Source: Neoechinorhynchus agilis
Lineage: Eukaryota; Animalia; Acanthocephala
Reading direction: 5' to 3'
Assembly: GCA_051530055.1 (NCBI GenBank)
Contig: CM121341.1
Span: forward strand, 16,532,784-16,596,783
DNA: 64,000 bases
The position numbers and the translations under genes were made by a program. The notes under the pieces were generated by a model. The model worked only from the letters and a program-made list of their open reading frames with translations, had not been told where the DNA came from and made no database searches. This document shows positions 39,363 to 52,096 of this stretch, piece after piece; position 1 is the stretch's first letter, and each line of letters opens with the position of its first letter.

Positions 39363-39531
39363 CATTAGACTAATTTATTTACCCCAATCGTCTCATAAAT
39401 CGGGGCTCGCTTCGGTGGTCACGATTATGCAATCTACGCTTTTCCACCGCCGTATTATCAGCTTTTGAATGTTGCTCATTAGAAGTGCCCATTTTGGCAA
39501 CTTTACAGTAGATGGACTTCTGACCAATTGG

Positions 39532-41310
39532 TTACATTTCAGAACACTTCGAGGTACTTGTCGATTTTTTTCGCTTTCTTGACATCTCCACCTCCTCGTT
39601 TTCTTGCAAGGCCGGTCGTCCTGGCGGTGGCAAATCCTCGTCACTCGTTTCCGTTTGATTTCCTCTCTTTCGTTTTGCTCTTGGTTCGACGTTTTCCATA
39701 CGCTCCACAGAATTATTCGAAAGTTCATCTTCAGATCTATCGAGTTCTGGAATGAGCGAGCTTTCAGTTTCCTTCTTATCTGCAGAAGTGTCAGTTTTCC
39801 TTCGTTTCATCGGTTGTGCATCTTCTTCGATAATCTCTTCTGCTACTTTTCTAGGTGTTCCCTTCATCGTTTGCTTTTCACTTTCATTCGTTTCGTCCAT
39901 AACTCCAGTCGATTCATTTAGCAGAATCTTATAAGCATCCAGGATGCGATTTGGCTTGTAATTTTTAATATTATTTGGAATTCCGTATGAGGCCATCAGT
40001 GGCAAGAATGTATCCATGAGGAAAACCTTTACTCGCTTCAAAGCATCGCTACTCAGTTGAGGTTGACCCTGAAATTCCTGCACAACCCTGTGCGCCATTA
40101 TAAATATTCTTGCCTTAACTTCTACGAATGATGCGAAGCTGAATCTACAATAGAAAAACTCTGAGATATCTTACCTTTGATCACACCTCGTTTAAATCTT
40201 GAAATGAATTCAATAATCAATGGCAAAATCTCATTGATTTCGCTGTAGCACAGATCATTCCGTACATCGTCGTGAGTTATGTGCACTACAGAATCTTCTT
40301 CGCTGGTGATTTCTATAATTCGCGGTTCCAATGAAGTTGGCGTGGCGCCCGGTGATTCATTATAAGTTGCTGTTGGATCAGTGCGCGAATTAGGGGATCG
40401 ACGGGGCGATTGTCGCGCAAGGACGGGCTCTGGCCTACATGGGAAATGGATATAAGCCCACAGCACGACTTCGAGAAACTTACTTAAAATCAGTGTATTC
40501 GTGGTCGTTTTCAACCTTTTCATGGTGCTGATTATTAGACTGAAGTTGTTCGGGCATATATTGAAATTGATTCGGCGAATTTACGGGTATTTTTCGCTCA
40601 ATTGGACGCTCTATGCATAATGTTTCATGAGGTTGAATAAGCGGTTGATTTGGAACATTAATTACAGCTTCAGTCGTCGATTGATTTACAGCTGCCGGTA
40701 GCTCATGCTGGTGTTTGGCCATTGTTACGTTATTTTGTTGAGCAAAGTATGGATAAGGTTCCGATCTCGAATACAAATTAGCGGGATGAAGATTTGTGTT
40801 GAATTTTTGATTGCTTCCTTCATGGGGATTATATTGATGTTGTTGTTGCTGAATTGACAACTGACTCGTCAATTGGAATTGATGAACGTATGATGACTGA
40901 TCTTGATTCCAAGCCGTATTGGGCTGACGAGTAACCTGTTGTTGCTGAAAATATTGAGCTGGAAATGCCGCTGAAATTTGTGAACTTTGTTGTTGAAGTT
41001 GATTTGCTGTCAAAATCGACTGTTGATAATGTTGTCCTTGACACAGGTGATACAGTTCATTCGGCCTCTGTCCAAATGATTGAAAATTAGATACATTTGA
41101 ATAAGGCAAATTCTGTAGTTGGCCGGGTTGTTGCTGTTGCCAGCCGCCTGGCTCCTGCTGTTTTTGATCCAATAATTGGCCATTTGAAGGGAAATTAAAG
41201 ACAGTCCCCGGTGTATATGAGTTATGCCATGTATATTGTCCGCCGAAATGGTTAGACTGTCCATTTGATGAAATGTTTCCTGTTGCGGAATGACCGGTGT
41301 TTTGAAACAT
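39532..41310 (-). CDS. Uncharacterised 558-aa protein with Q/N-rich N-terminus and acidic/basic C-terminus; introns 40483-40435 and 40174-40122
   Basis: Three ORFs join through 49- and 53-bp GTAAG..TAG introns into a 1677-nt stop-free CDS. The 3' end is uncertain. Confidence 0.65.
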
Positions 41311-42039
41311 ATTATGTCACCAACCTTCCATTTTCTCCTCTATTCGTGATTGCCCGCCTATTTTCTCCACATGTTTCATATTTCAACTTTATTTCGAACT
41401 TTAGTCTGCTTATTCGCGTGTCGTGGTTGCTGTTAGTTCTTTGGAGATGTTATCTAAATGTTTACGGATTAATACCACCAAAACCTACAAAAAATAAAGT
41501 GGATATGCGAGCTTGTGTTCTGTCCATAAAAGAAATGTCGGTTCACACTTTCTTCATGTCTTACTCTTGTCATCTTTGAACGAGTTCAAAAGACCTGCTA
41601 ACATTGACTAATATTGCGTTTATAAACGAACCTACTGTGATTCATGTTGATTGCTCGTTTTAAAATGACTCCAATGTATGCGCTTTAACGCTTTTCTTTG
41701 ATTATATAGCATCGAAAACGATAAGTCGGTTATGCGCCTTTTTATGGAGGTCTGCGGGAGCGCCGTGGATTTACACATTTTGAGCTTGAACGAAGAAATG
41801 ATTGTTAGCACGTAGATTTAAACACTCAACATTAAGACCTTAGATGTTCTGAAATCTGCCGAAATATCTTTGCGACAGTATGCTTAATTGATGTTATTTT
41901 AAAGGAAATGATGTTGACGGATCCAATAAAAAATTATTTGGCGTTTTACATCCATCAATAAACACTCGTTCTTTCAAAATCAACTTCATTTAGAAATCAT
42001 GCGGTTCCTTAATTGTTAGTTTCTGAATAAAATACAACT

Positions 42040-43400
42040 CTGTGCCGTTCAAAAGAATCATTCCCAAATCTTCTACTGACACAAGTGTCGTACGCCCCTG
42101 CGATGATTGCAACCATAGGTCCTGTGTTTCTCATTCACGCGTCTCCTCTCTTGAGGTTCTCCTACTCCTCAAAAAACTACCGCTCCGATTCCCAACTGGG
42201 CCATTCGCATCATCATTTCCTTGATCTTTGAGCATCTAGCTCATATCATCAATTCTAGCTTTGAAACGGGGATTTTTCCAGATTGCTTGAAGTCTGCTCG
42301 CGTCATTCCTATTCCTAAGGCGGGGAAACCTGTTTCTCTGACTTCCTTTCGCCCTATATCTCTACTCTCGCCGTTTTCTAAAATTTTTGAAAAATGTTTC
42401 AAAACTCGCATCCTCCCCATCTTTTTACAAAACATTTCGTCTAACCAATTCGGCTTCCGACCAGGATTCTGTTGTACCGACGCCCTCTTGTGCATTTACG
42501 ATTCAATTCTGCGCAATCCTGACCAAGAACCGTCTTTCGTTTGTCGCCTCATCCAGGTGGATCTTGCCAAGGACTTTGACTCTGTAGATCACGATCTTCT
42601 CGTTAAGGCCTGCGGGAAATTTGGCTTCTTACCCCGGCAAATAAGCTGGCTCACTTCTTTTATCGCAAACCGGTCGAAATATTTTCAATGCGGCAATACC
42701 TGCTTAACGAAGCTTCCCATACATTTCGGTGTGCCACAAGGAGCTGTACTATCGCCCTTACTTTTCGATATCTTCCTCAACGACCTTACACCCCTCTCAA
42801 CGTCCGCTAAATATTTCCTTTATGCGGACGGCCTAACCATCATAACCCATGCTCCTCCATCACTCTCGCTCAGCCTCACGTACCCATCAGCTCTCAATTA
42901 ATTTCTCCAAATCATTTGAACTTATTCCGTCGCTTCAAAAACCTAGGACTGATATTCCACCGCTTCCTCTCGATATCCAACGCGTCACATCGCTTCGCAT
43001 TCTTGGCCTCATCTTCCAACACAACCTCAAATGGGACATCCACATTAATGGCGTCGTAGCAAAAGCCACTGCTAAATTGTATTTTATCAAGCGCTTGGGT
43101 TTCCTCGGAGTCAACCCACGCGATCTAGCACATTTCTATTGGTCCCCGCAATCTCATATGCATACCCAACCTTTTGCAATTTATCCACCCATCAATTGCA
43201 CTTGCTTTCCTCCCTAAATAAACGAGCCTGCAAAATCTGCTCCAAGGACCTCTCACCTTCGATAAATACATGACCTCCCTGCGTTCCCTTCCATCTAAAT
43301 TTCTCCCGTTCATCTCGCCAGGAAAACCCGTCCGATATACGCGATGTCCGAACAGAGTCAATCCGCCTCTCCCGCGCACCACACTATAAAAAAATCATTT
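42040..43400 (+). mobile_element. LINE (CR1/L2/Jockey-group) RT fragment
   Basis: KSARVIPIPK..FRPISLLSPFSKIFEK..QFGFRPG..DLAKDFDSVDH..GVPQGAVLSPLLF..YADG..LRILGL. Confidence 0.92.
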
Positions 43401-43558
43401 TTTGCTATCGCACACCTGAATCGGAGGAAAGACTCATGCACATGCGACGACTTGCAGCTCGTTCCGAATTACAATCTCAATCAAACAGCACGAATCCAAA
43501 GATACATGGTTATCGTGCTTGTTTGTGTGTGGAACAATAAAACGTGTTATTATTATCT
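43390..43558 (+). mobile_element. LINE 3'-tail fragment (stem-loop + AATAAA + (ATT)n family)
   Basis: GAATCCA-AAGATACA-TGG..AATAAAACGTGTTATTATTA; related copies at 47430, 48290, 52100 and 52830. Confidence 0.55.
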
Positions 43559-43689
43559 GAGCATGCAAAATCAAACCCTTCCACAGTTATCGCCACATCG
43601 ATTAAAATTCAAACATTTACAGTGATCTCCTATTTTTGGGTCTCCAATCCGATCTAACAATATCGCTGCCTATCTCAATCTCCCCATTA

Positions 43690-46500
43690 TAAAATGGCAT
43701 CATATAATAACAATCTCCTCTTCTCCTTTACTTCCGAAGGAGGTTATTCATCGGAAATTCCTGGGATCAAAGAAGATCGGGAGATCATTCGATCGGTCTC
43801 GTATCATGTTGGCAAACTCAAGATCCACTTTGTAAATGCCAATTTCTCTGGTAGTTTCAATGATTTCGCCGTCAGCAAATGAGACTCCTCTGGCGTAACA
43901 ATTTCGAGCGGCAATTATAACTCCACGTTTCTGGTTTCCAGGCTATCTACGAATATCGATTTGTCCGACAGAGAGAGGAGTTTGAGTCAAAGCATTCCTG
44001 TAGGATTCAATTTCTCAAATCGAGCAAAACCGGTAAAACCATTCCTAGAGCAGCTATCAAAGAACACGTGGACACAAGAATTAAGGAATTGAGATCATCT
44101 TCAGTTACAACGACATTTCCAATCAAACGACTATCATTTTCCACATTGCAGCGGCTGTAAAAAATGGGGACATTGGTCCCAGAACTGTGTCCGTTCGGAT
44201 TTTCATTCGGTCCGACCTCCCTTACTCCCTCTCAACTCCTTACCAATCACCATACTTAGAGTACATCTACATAACGCTCTCTCTCTAACTTCAATCTGGC
44301 AGCCTAAATTTAACCATTATCGGTATTTATCGTCCACCCTCAGCCAATCTACAAATGGCATCACAGGATATTGATGCAATGATAGCAATCTTGAACATCG
44401 AATCATTCTTGGTGATTTCAATAATCTTCCTACATCACTATCTCTCCTTGACTTCGTCCAGTTAGCAAAATTTCCTACCCGCCACAACTCACATCTCGAT
44501 AAAATCTTTACCAACATCCACAAATACAAGGCTGCTAAAACACTGCCTCCAATCTCATCCTCAGACCATTGCGCAATAATCCTCTCTCCCTCATCACTTT
44601 TGGGCCCAAGTATGGCTAACGTTTACATGGACTATGTAGAACAGCGGACACTGGATAGCACCGCCCAAGAGGGCCGTCCCAGCTTCTACACTCGATATGT
44701 AGATGACATCTTAACCATATTTAAGGATAAAGTAGACGTGATCAATTTCAAGAATAAACTTGAAGCAATGTCTACCTTGAAATTCACCATCGATCAGTGT
44801 AACAAGCATGATTTCGTTTTCTTGGACGTCCAAATCTCGCTAAAACCAGGACAACCACTAGAAACCGCCGTCACATTTCCAGTCCTTTACTCCCTTTAAA
44901 TACAAAAGAGCAGTAGCGGCGGATGCATTAGTAAATCGTGCTGTTAGATATTCAACGAGGATAAGTCATATGGAACAAGAGTTCACAAGAATAAAACAGG
45001 CTCGGATAGACGCAGCATATCCGTTGAAAGTAATTGGCGCAGCAATTAAGAGAGCACAAACAAGAATAGGGAACAAGATAAAAGACAGCTCAGAGGAGAT
45101 AGTTCCGTTTTACTATGAAACAGATCATCAGTTGAACATAAAGACGGATAGTATGGACCTGCAGAGAATACTGGGCACCCATGTGAAGACAGTGAATCGA
45201 AACAAAAGAACGCAAGTCCGATGCTATCCGAATTTAAGATCCTCTGTAAGGACAATGAGGCCACAAGATTAAGATTGGCCATTACAGACCCTTAATCAAC
45301 GTCAAATATAAAGAGATGTTCAGTGGTCTCAGATTGTATAGCCAGTTGTACTGACGCAGAGATAAAAGTGTATTGACGTAATGGACATCATACTGTTAGT
45401 GTAAGTGTGTGTATATGTTTTAATCTTCAATCGAAAAATTTCACCCATTCAATTCGGTTTCCGGCCCGGCATTTCTTGTACGGATGCCCTTCGTTGCATC
45501 TACGATTCTCTTCTTCGTAATCTCGATACACAACCTTTATTTATCTCTCGACTCATTCAAATCGACATTTATAAAGCTTTTGATTCCGTCGATCACAATC
45601 TTCTCCTTGACACATGCTCTAAATTTGGTCTTGCCACCTAGGAAATCAAATGGTTAAAATCTTTCCTGAACAATCGATTACAATTTATCGAAATAGGGGA
45701 CATCGCCTCGAACATCTTAGCATTCAACAAGGGAGTCCCCCAAGGGGCCGTTCTCTCCTTCATTGTTTTCAACATTCTCCTGAACGATCTTATTCCATCC
45801 CCTTCTTATTCTAAATACTTCTTGTATGCTGATGATCTGACAATCATTACACATGCACCGGCTCCCCTCTCACTCCCAATTACTTCTAACGGGATTTCTC
45901 ACGTTCAAGCATTTTGCTCCTCTAAATGTCTTACCCTTAATCTAACCAAATGCTTCGAAATCGTCCCCTCAATCTCAAATAGCCCTTCCTATCAGCCACT
46001 TCTTCCTTTCCCTATCAATCGTGTCTTCTCTATTCGTATACTGGGTCTTCGTTTTCAGCAAAATCTAAAATGGGACAAGCACACATCAATCTTGTCGCAC
46101 AAAGGGTCCATTAAACTTTATCTTCTTAAACAATTCCAAGTCCTTGGAATGTCATCCACAGATCTTAAGTACTATTATACATCGGCCATCCTACCAACGC
46201 ATATCCAACCTTTTGCAATTTTTCTTTTAATCTATTCAAAAAACTTAATACATTTCACAAGGGGTGCGCTCTACTCTGCTCCTCCAAATTCATACCCTTA
46301 GAAAAACACCTCTATCCAATCTTTAAAAAGCACTCAAAGCACCTTCATTATCTTCCTCCTCTTCATTTTCTACCACAGATTTCTCCTTTTACTCACACTT
46401 ACAACACTCGCGTCGCCCCAACATTTTCCATCCTTCAGTTCCTCGCACAAATCTCTACCCCCGCTCTTTCTTCTCCACCGCTCAATCCTCTAAATGGTGA
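43690..46500 (+). mobile_element. LINE with ORF1 zinc knuckle, APE and RT, interrupted by a PLE segment
   Basis: CSGCKKWGHWSQNC (CX2CX4HX4C, ~44147); APE motifs IILGDFN/PTR/LDKIFTN/SDH; RT motifs QFGFRPG/DIYKAFDSVDH/GVPQG/YADD at 45430-46300. Confidence 0.85.
44594..45420 (+). mobile_element. Penelope-like RT C-terminal segment nested in the LINE
   Basis: LGPSMANVYMDYVE..FYTRYVDDILTIF..LKFT..FLDVQI..LVNRA..EQEFTRIKQA..AYP. Confidence 0.85.
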
Positions 46501-47602
46501 TTGGTAAAGCAGAATGTATTGATGACAATAAGATCATAAATAACTGTTAATACTTGCATTGTTTGGATATGTCCAATATAGTTTGCTACTAATGGCGTGA
46601 ACTAAACTCTAATTGGTTTACTTTTTTTAGATTTAGAGACCCATTATACGATTTTGATTTGGTCATTTGTCAGATGTGTTCAAGATGGGACACTATTTCT
46701 CGTACTGCCAGTATTAAGGTCGTTGCCTATTACTATGTTCAGAGTGAAAAAATGACTGTTTAAGAAAAGAATATATAAAATGTGTAAAGTGTGGCCGTAA
46801 TTACTCATCATTTTCAAGGAATTGTCCATTAGCTAAGGATTACTTCGAAAGGTCCTTTAAAAAGTAACAGGTACCTCATGCGAACACAACCAAAACAGGT
46901 CTAAATCGCGTAAATCTCATGATCCCACGAATGAAGTGAATTTACTAAAGAGCATACGTACATGGCTTATTAACCAGATAAGTAACTTGGGGATTAAAAT
47001 TTTTAATTTATAAAATGCCACAATATCTACTTCGTTTGATAGAGGAAAGCGAGAAAAACATCAGAGAATGGTTATTCGGGACTTATCCTAGGAATCTTTC
47101 TCGCTGGATATTTTGAAATAAACCACATAAAAATATCTAAATTTCCATTATGAACAATAATTTGAATATGCGATGGAATTTCGAATTCTCTGTATATAGT
47201 GCATTGACATTTTATGTTTCCAATGGACTGGAGAGTTTACGAACATCCACGCCACCGCGAATAATAATTGTAAAGATAATAAAACCATAAACGAAACAAA
47301 GTTTAAGATCGGAATGCAAACAAAATAATGAGCGAAAATTCAAGTTGCAGAAAGCTGTAAAGCGTTAAAATCAATGGAGGAATCCAAAGTCGTGACGTCA
47401 TGCCCTCATAATCTCCCCTGCAAATTCGAGTGCTCATGAGGACCCAAAGATACATGGGTCTTTTGCTTTGTTAATTAGCAAATAAACTTGTTATAATTAT
47501 CACTCAGCTACTGTTCTGGTGTAATGGTCGAGAAGACGGATGCAGTGGTCGTTGCGGAGCCAGATTTATGTTTAGCAGGATAATACCATAAAACTTACAA
47601 GC

Positions 47603-47650
47603 AACCTTTATAAAGGCACGGGAATGTGCCGAAATATCGGATTTAATAAA
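47603..47650 (+). ncRNA. Degenerate hammerhead-like motif (U3:A8 family, G5U)
   Basis: CC-UUUAUAA-A-GGCAC(GGGAAU)GUGCC-GAAA-UAU-C-GG..AATAAA. Confidence 0.55.
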
Positions 47651-48287
47651 TTCCTATAATTTTTCTGCCATAAACACAAAGAACTAATAAAGAAAGGATT
47701 CCAGAGATGTCCTACAAAAATAGTTAGGCAAATCTCAACCTGTGCAGGAACCGCTCTAACTTCCCACAATACTAGAACTTTGAAGATTAACTTGAATGGA
47801 AAGCCTAAGGATCCAATTTTAAGAAAACACACAACAGGTTGTGGAATTTTATATCTGTTGTGTTGTGAGGGAGCGGCGTGTGACTAGGCGACGGATTCAA
47901 CATCCACCACAATGGATTGCTTTTTGGTTGAAACGGTGATCGAAGTCAATAGGAAAAGCGACAAGGTAATATGGATGCGAATAGATCTTGGAGGACAATC
48001 CCATGGCATAGTTTCATCTTACGCTCCACTATTCGAATACAAACTACCGGGGAATCAAATTGAAATGTCATACGATGAAACTCAACGAATGGATAATTGA
48101 TCAACACCTTCGGTGTGAAACAACAATATCCGATGATTAGAGAGGATTCATAATTGGCAAGAGTGTTATAGACGCAATATTTGCGATGCGTCACTTATAC
48201 GAGAAGTGCTAAGAAAAGAAAAAAAAGAAATACGACATCGTTCTTGGAGAACTGGTATTTACCTGCCTCGAGTTCACGATACAAACA

Positions 48288-48560
48288 TCAAGGACAACGG
48301 TCGGAAATACAGATAATAATAACACTTTTTATTTTGGAACAAAGAAGAGGAATCATGTACCTTTGGGTCTCCGTGAACACTCGAACCAAATGATAGGTTC
48401 CTTGAATGTGGCTGTATATTTTGGAATGGATGACGGATGCTGTCGAGTGGGGAAAGTTGTTGGCAATTCGCGTCTTGGAAAGTTTTTCTTTCCTCAGATT
48501 CATTTCGGGTCATGAAATCCAGGAAGATTGGACAGTATGCGAAAAGGAGCATTAAATCCT
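48288..48560 (-). mobile_element. LINE 3'-tail fragment
   Basis: Minus strand encodes ..YHLVRVFTETQRYMIPL and ends in AATAAAAAGTGTTATTATTA. Confidence 0.6.
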
Positions 48561-49006
48561 TATTTGTTCGTGTTTATAGTGGACGAAATAAGCAAACCAA
48601 GCAGTAAAAGCCCGCCATGGAATATGTTATTTGCCGACTTGAATATCTCGAGAAATGGAAAGAGTCGTTTTGAGGCAATGGCCTGAGGGTAACAAAGGAA
48701 TAAGTTCGTCTCTAAAAGATATAACTGAGCAAATCAGAAAATTCTATTGTATCAGGGTCAAATGACCGCCGGACAAAAAACTGCGGCCCAAAATCAGAAG
48801 GCGAACTCGAACTAAGAAACGATGTGAGGATTGCGTTGCGGATGATAAACGTTCAAGGGAAAAAAGGACAGCGACTTTCTCACAAGACTTCACAAACTGG
48901 ATCTTTCAAAACTACAAACATTGGGAATCCATTTTTCCCTTTCTTAAATTCGTGTACAAAAACAAAACCCATAAACGTAGATTTACTGTTCGACGAAAAA
49001 ATATAA

Positions 49007-49273
49007 TTAGATGTTTCGTGAAGGTTGCTCCAATCTGTACTTGTTCAAAATCGATTCATAATCAGCGAAAGCGTACAGATCGGCGTCCGATTTCTTCTTA
49101 TTGCAAGCGACCGTTCTCTTACAGCATCCACCTCCACAACACTCATCTCCATCTCCAGTACCATCGCCACCTCCATTAGCCAGATGAGTAGATTTCGAAG
49201 AGAATGCAGACACCGGACATCGAATCCTCTGAGCCTGTCGAAGAATTTGGGAAGCGAGAGTAATTCGAAACAT
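49007..49273 (-). CDS. NDUFV3: Probable complex I accessory subunit NDUFV3-like, 88 aa, single exon
   Basis: The Arg/Ser-rich, acid-free N-terminus looks like a mitochondrial presequence. The C-terminal YAFADYESILNKYRLEQPS matches the NDUFV3 motif (F.D....L.K.R.PQPS). Confidence 0.6.
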   Translation of the reverse strand: MFRITLASQILRQAQRIRCPVSAFSSKSTHLANGGGDGTGDGDECCGGGCCKRTVACNKKKSDADLYAFADYESILNKYRLEQPSRNI

Positions 49274-50338
49274 CGTCGAGAATAAACGAGATTAGTGCGC
49301 GCGCAGTCTTAAGGGTTTACTATCATAAGTCTTACGGCTACAATACCGCGTTTTCAAAATAAAGCGTGACGTAGATTTTGTGAAATTTTCTGTTCCAATC
49401 AATGGAACTGATACTTTACTAATTTGAACCGTTTAAGCGATGTTAACTTCAAAAAAAAGATCGAGCTACCGATAGAAGCCATCGTGGTCACGTTTTATCG
49501 CTAGACAGCCGCCATGTTTATCCTTTCTCCTGTGATCGCTTCCCTCATTAAATGGACCCAATTCATCCGATAGTTTAAAGACGGACACCACTAAAGCCTC
49601 ACGAAGGGCACGAAATCGCCGCACGAATTTTGCCACTTTCGCCTATAGGCTTTATGCTGGCCAGAATGGTTTTTAGATATACGATAATGTCTCTAGAATA
49701 CCATTAGGCCGCATCGAGAAATTGCGTGCTGCATTGTTTTTCTATTCACGCAAATAACCCACGAGCGCGATCTTTAGATACCGGCCATCCTTTGGTATTC
49801 GACTGGAAATGACATAGTGCAGGATTTATGGGCTAACCAGTCAGATCACCCGACTGAAACTTGGTCCGTGGGACAAAGGCGTTCAACTTGAAGCCAGAAT
49901 TATTCATTATTTTCGTAGACTTCTAACAATCTTCTCCTTTTTCTCAGATGTCTACTAAAGAACAAAGTGCAATCGAAGATGAAACAACAGTTTGGCGAGC
50001 TGGGGCATCATTAGAGCAAACGCGTTGAATCAGACGGTTATTGGGCCGCATCATCCTAAAAGATTTGCCTTTGGCCTACGTACTGAAGCATGCGGTTCGG
50101 CGTACATTCTGTCCTGACTACAAATGTGGCGCTTCAGGCACCATTTCCCAATATGAACCCTGAGTTATTTCGACGATGGAATTCTATTCCTACGGATAAG
50201 ATTCTTGAATTACAACAGATTCAAGGGACTTCGAACTTCTCATGGCTGTATCGAGCGATTGCGTTGGTGGGGATTGAGCGTTCAGTCGTGAGGCAGCAAA
50301 CGGTCTTACTTTCAACAGAACAGCTTCTTCCTGTGCAC

Positions 50339-50985
50339 TTTGAAGAGCGCTGAGCCAAGCACCCGATTCTCTTGTAGAGACTGCCGCCAATCGAGTTCGG
50401 TTAACCAGGTCACGAGAATCTGAAATTAAAGAATTATGAATTCTCGCTACCAGGGCGAGTCCCAAACTTATTGTTCGCAACCATTGACGGGTATCTGCTC
50501 GCTGCCTCAATCTTCAAACCAAAGATTAAGAACCTCCACGAAATCTTCATCCGAAGTGTAATCTTCGCCGGGAAAAATTGAACAATTTTGCAGCTTACTT
50601 CATACGATCCCAAATAAGCTGACAGGGAAATATCTACTGCCTTGCAGACACCCCTTTGATGGCAGGCCTCGTCCGACAATTGAGTATCAGTTAGTGGATT
50701 GTTTTTATATGGCGGAAATATAAAAACATGAACAATTCAATCTTTAAACAGTAAGTAGATTGTCGACTGAGGAAGTCAACTCATCCTTTTGGTTAAGCTC
50801 AAAAACGCGTAGCACGTTGGTCGTCTAGTCCCTACGATAACCCGCTCAGTCCCACTTTTCACCTCTTGTGCGATGCGCAATGCTTCCGCAGGCGAAAGTT
50901 CCAATGGGTCTGTCTCCTGGCACCTAAAGGCTCATAAGAAAGAGCGGTATACCCGAACCAACCGACCGATTGAATTTTACGCGGG
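50339..50985 (-). mobile_element. CRE-like non-LTR fragment, local duplicate of 53661-54309
   Basis: A ~648-bp near-identical direct repeat encoding KAVDISLSAYLGS..RLAAVSTRESGAWLSAL. Confidence 0.75.
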
Positions 50986-52096
50986 GCTCCAGTCTATATG
51001 GCAAAACTCCGGTTTCTGGACTAACTATTTCAACTGGGTTGTACGATTGAATGCAAGTTAGGAACATTCTTCAAGCGCTGCTGGGCTTTTTTGTAACGTC
51101 ATCCTGTTCAATGGCAAACCTACTCTCTGAATCAGCATACAAAAACAAACATAAGCTCGTTCTATGCAAAGTGCTGGTTGATAGCAATGATGGTTGCTTA
51201 ATCTGAGAAGGTAGCTGTAGAGTTAAATCCTATAAATATAGAAAATAATCCTACGACTGTACTATCTAGTGTGCAGGCAGATGCAACTGCTTAGGCCCAC
51301 CTAATAATAGCAATTTCAAATGCTGTTAAGACCAACATCTTAATAAATAATGATTTATAGTTTCATCCGAACTCTCTAAGCACGCTAATGATGGCGGCTT
51401 GTGGATTTCCAATATTACAAGTAGCTGGTGATTCTCCTCCGTATTTACCCTAAGCCGCTACCATCCCCGCAATCGATCTGCTAATTCTCTTTTATTGAGG
51501 TGAGGCTGTTATGCTGGTTGCGGTAGTCCCTACTGATGCGATATACACTAATGAAAATGAGATCGGAGCGTGCCATGGCAATAGCTGGTTTTCAACGAGC
51601 GGCCGCCGTCATTGCGAGGTGGGACCCAACGCGGGATATACCCACTGCTACATCATTTACCGGGCTATTAGAAAATTCACGAGCCCAGTGGCCGAAGCCC
51701 AGGTTCTCAAAATTAATTCCTGTACCCTGTTGGTGCTTTAAAAAAGGAGAACAACGCGATATCGAATATGTTAGCGACTTGAGCCCACAAAGATCTACCA
51801 AATGAACTGCTTGGGCTCATAACGAGAAGAGCGGTTAGACAGAAACCTGTTGTAGGTATAAAAGCCAGTAGAAGAATAGCATATTATATATTATAGATCT
51901 AAGTGATGATGAGGATATGGTGGATCCTGAACGAAAAATAGACTGCTGGATGCTCTAAGTGGCTTGTGTTTCCCTAATGGGTCGCGTGTTACTTTAGATG
52001 TGTGGCACAAAGCAATCCAAAATCACCTACCTTACGAAAACGTAAGCTATTAGCTACTATGCGGCTAGCCAAAACATCTTGGAAGACTTGTCTAAG

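Noticed and set aside
41840-41880. GCCGAAATATC hammerhead-like 3' half
   Set aside because: No matching stem II partner or recognisable core.
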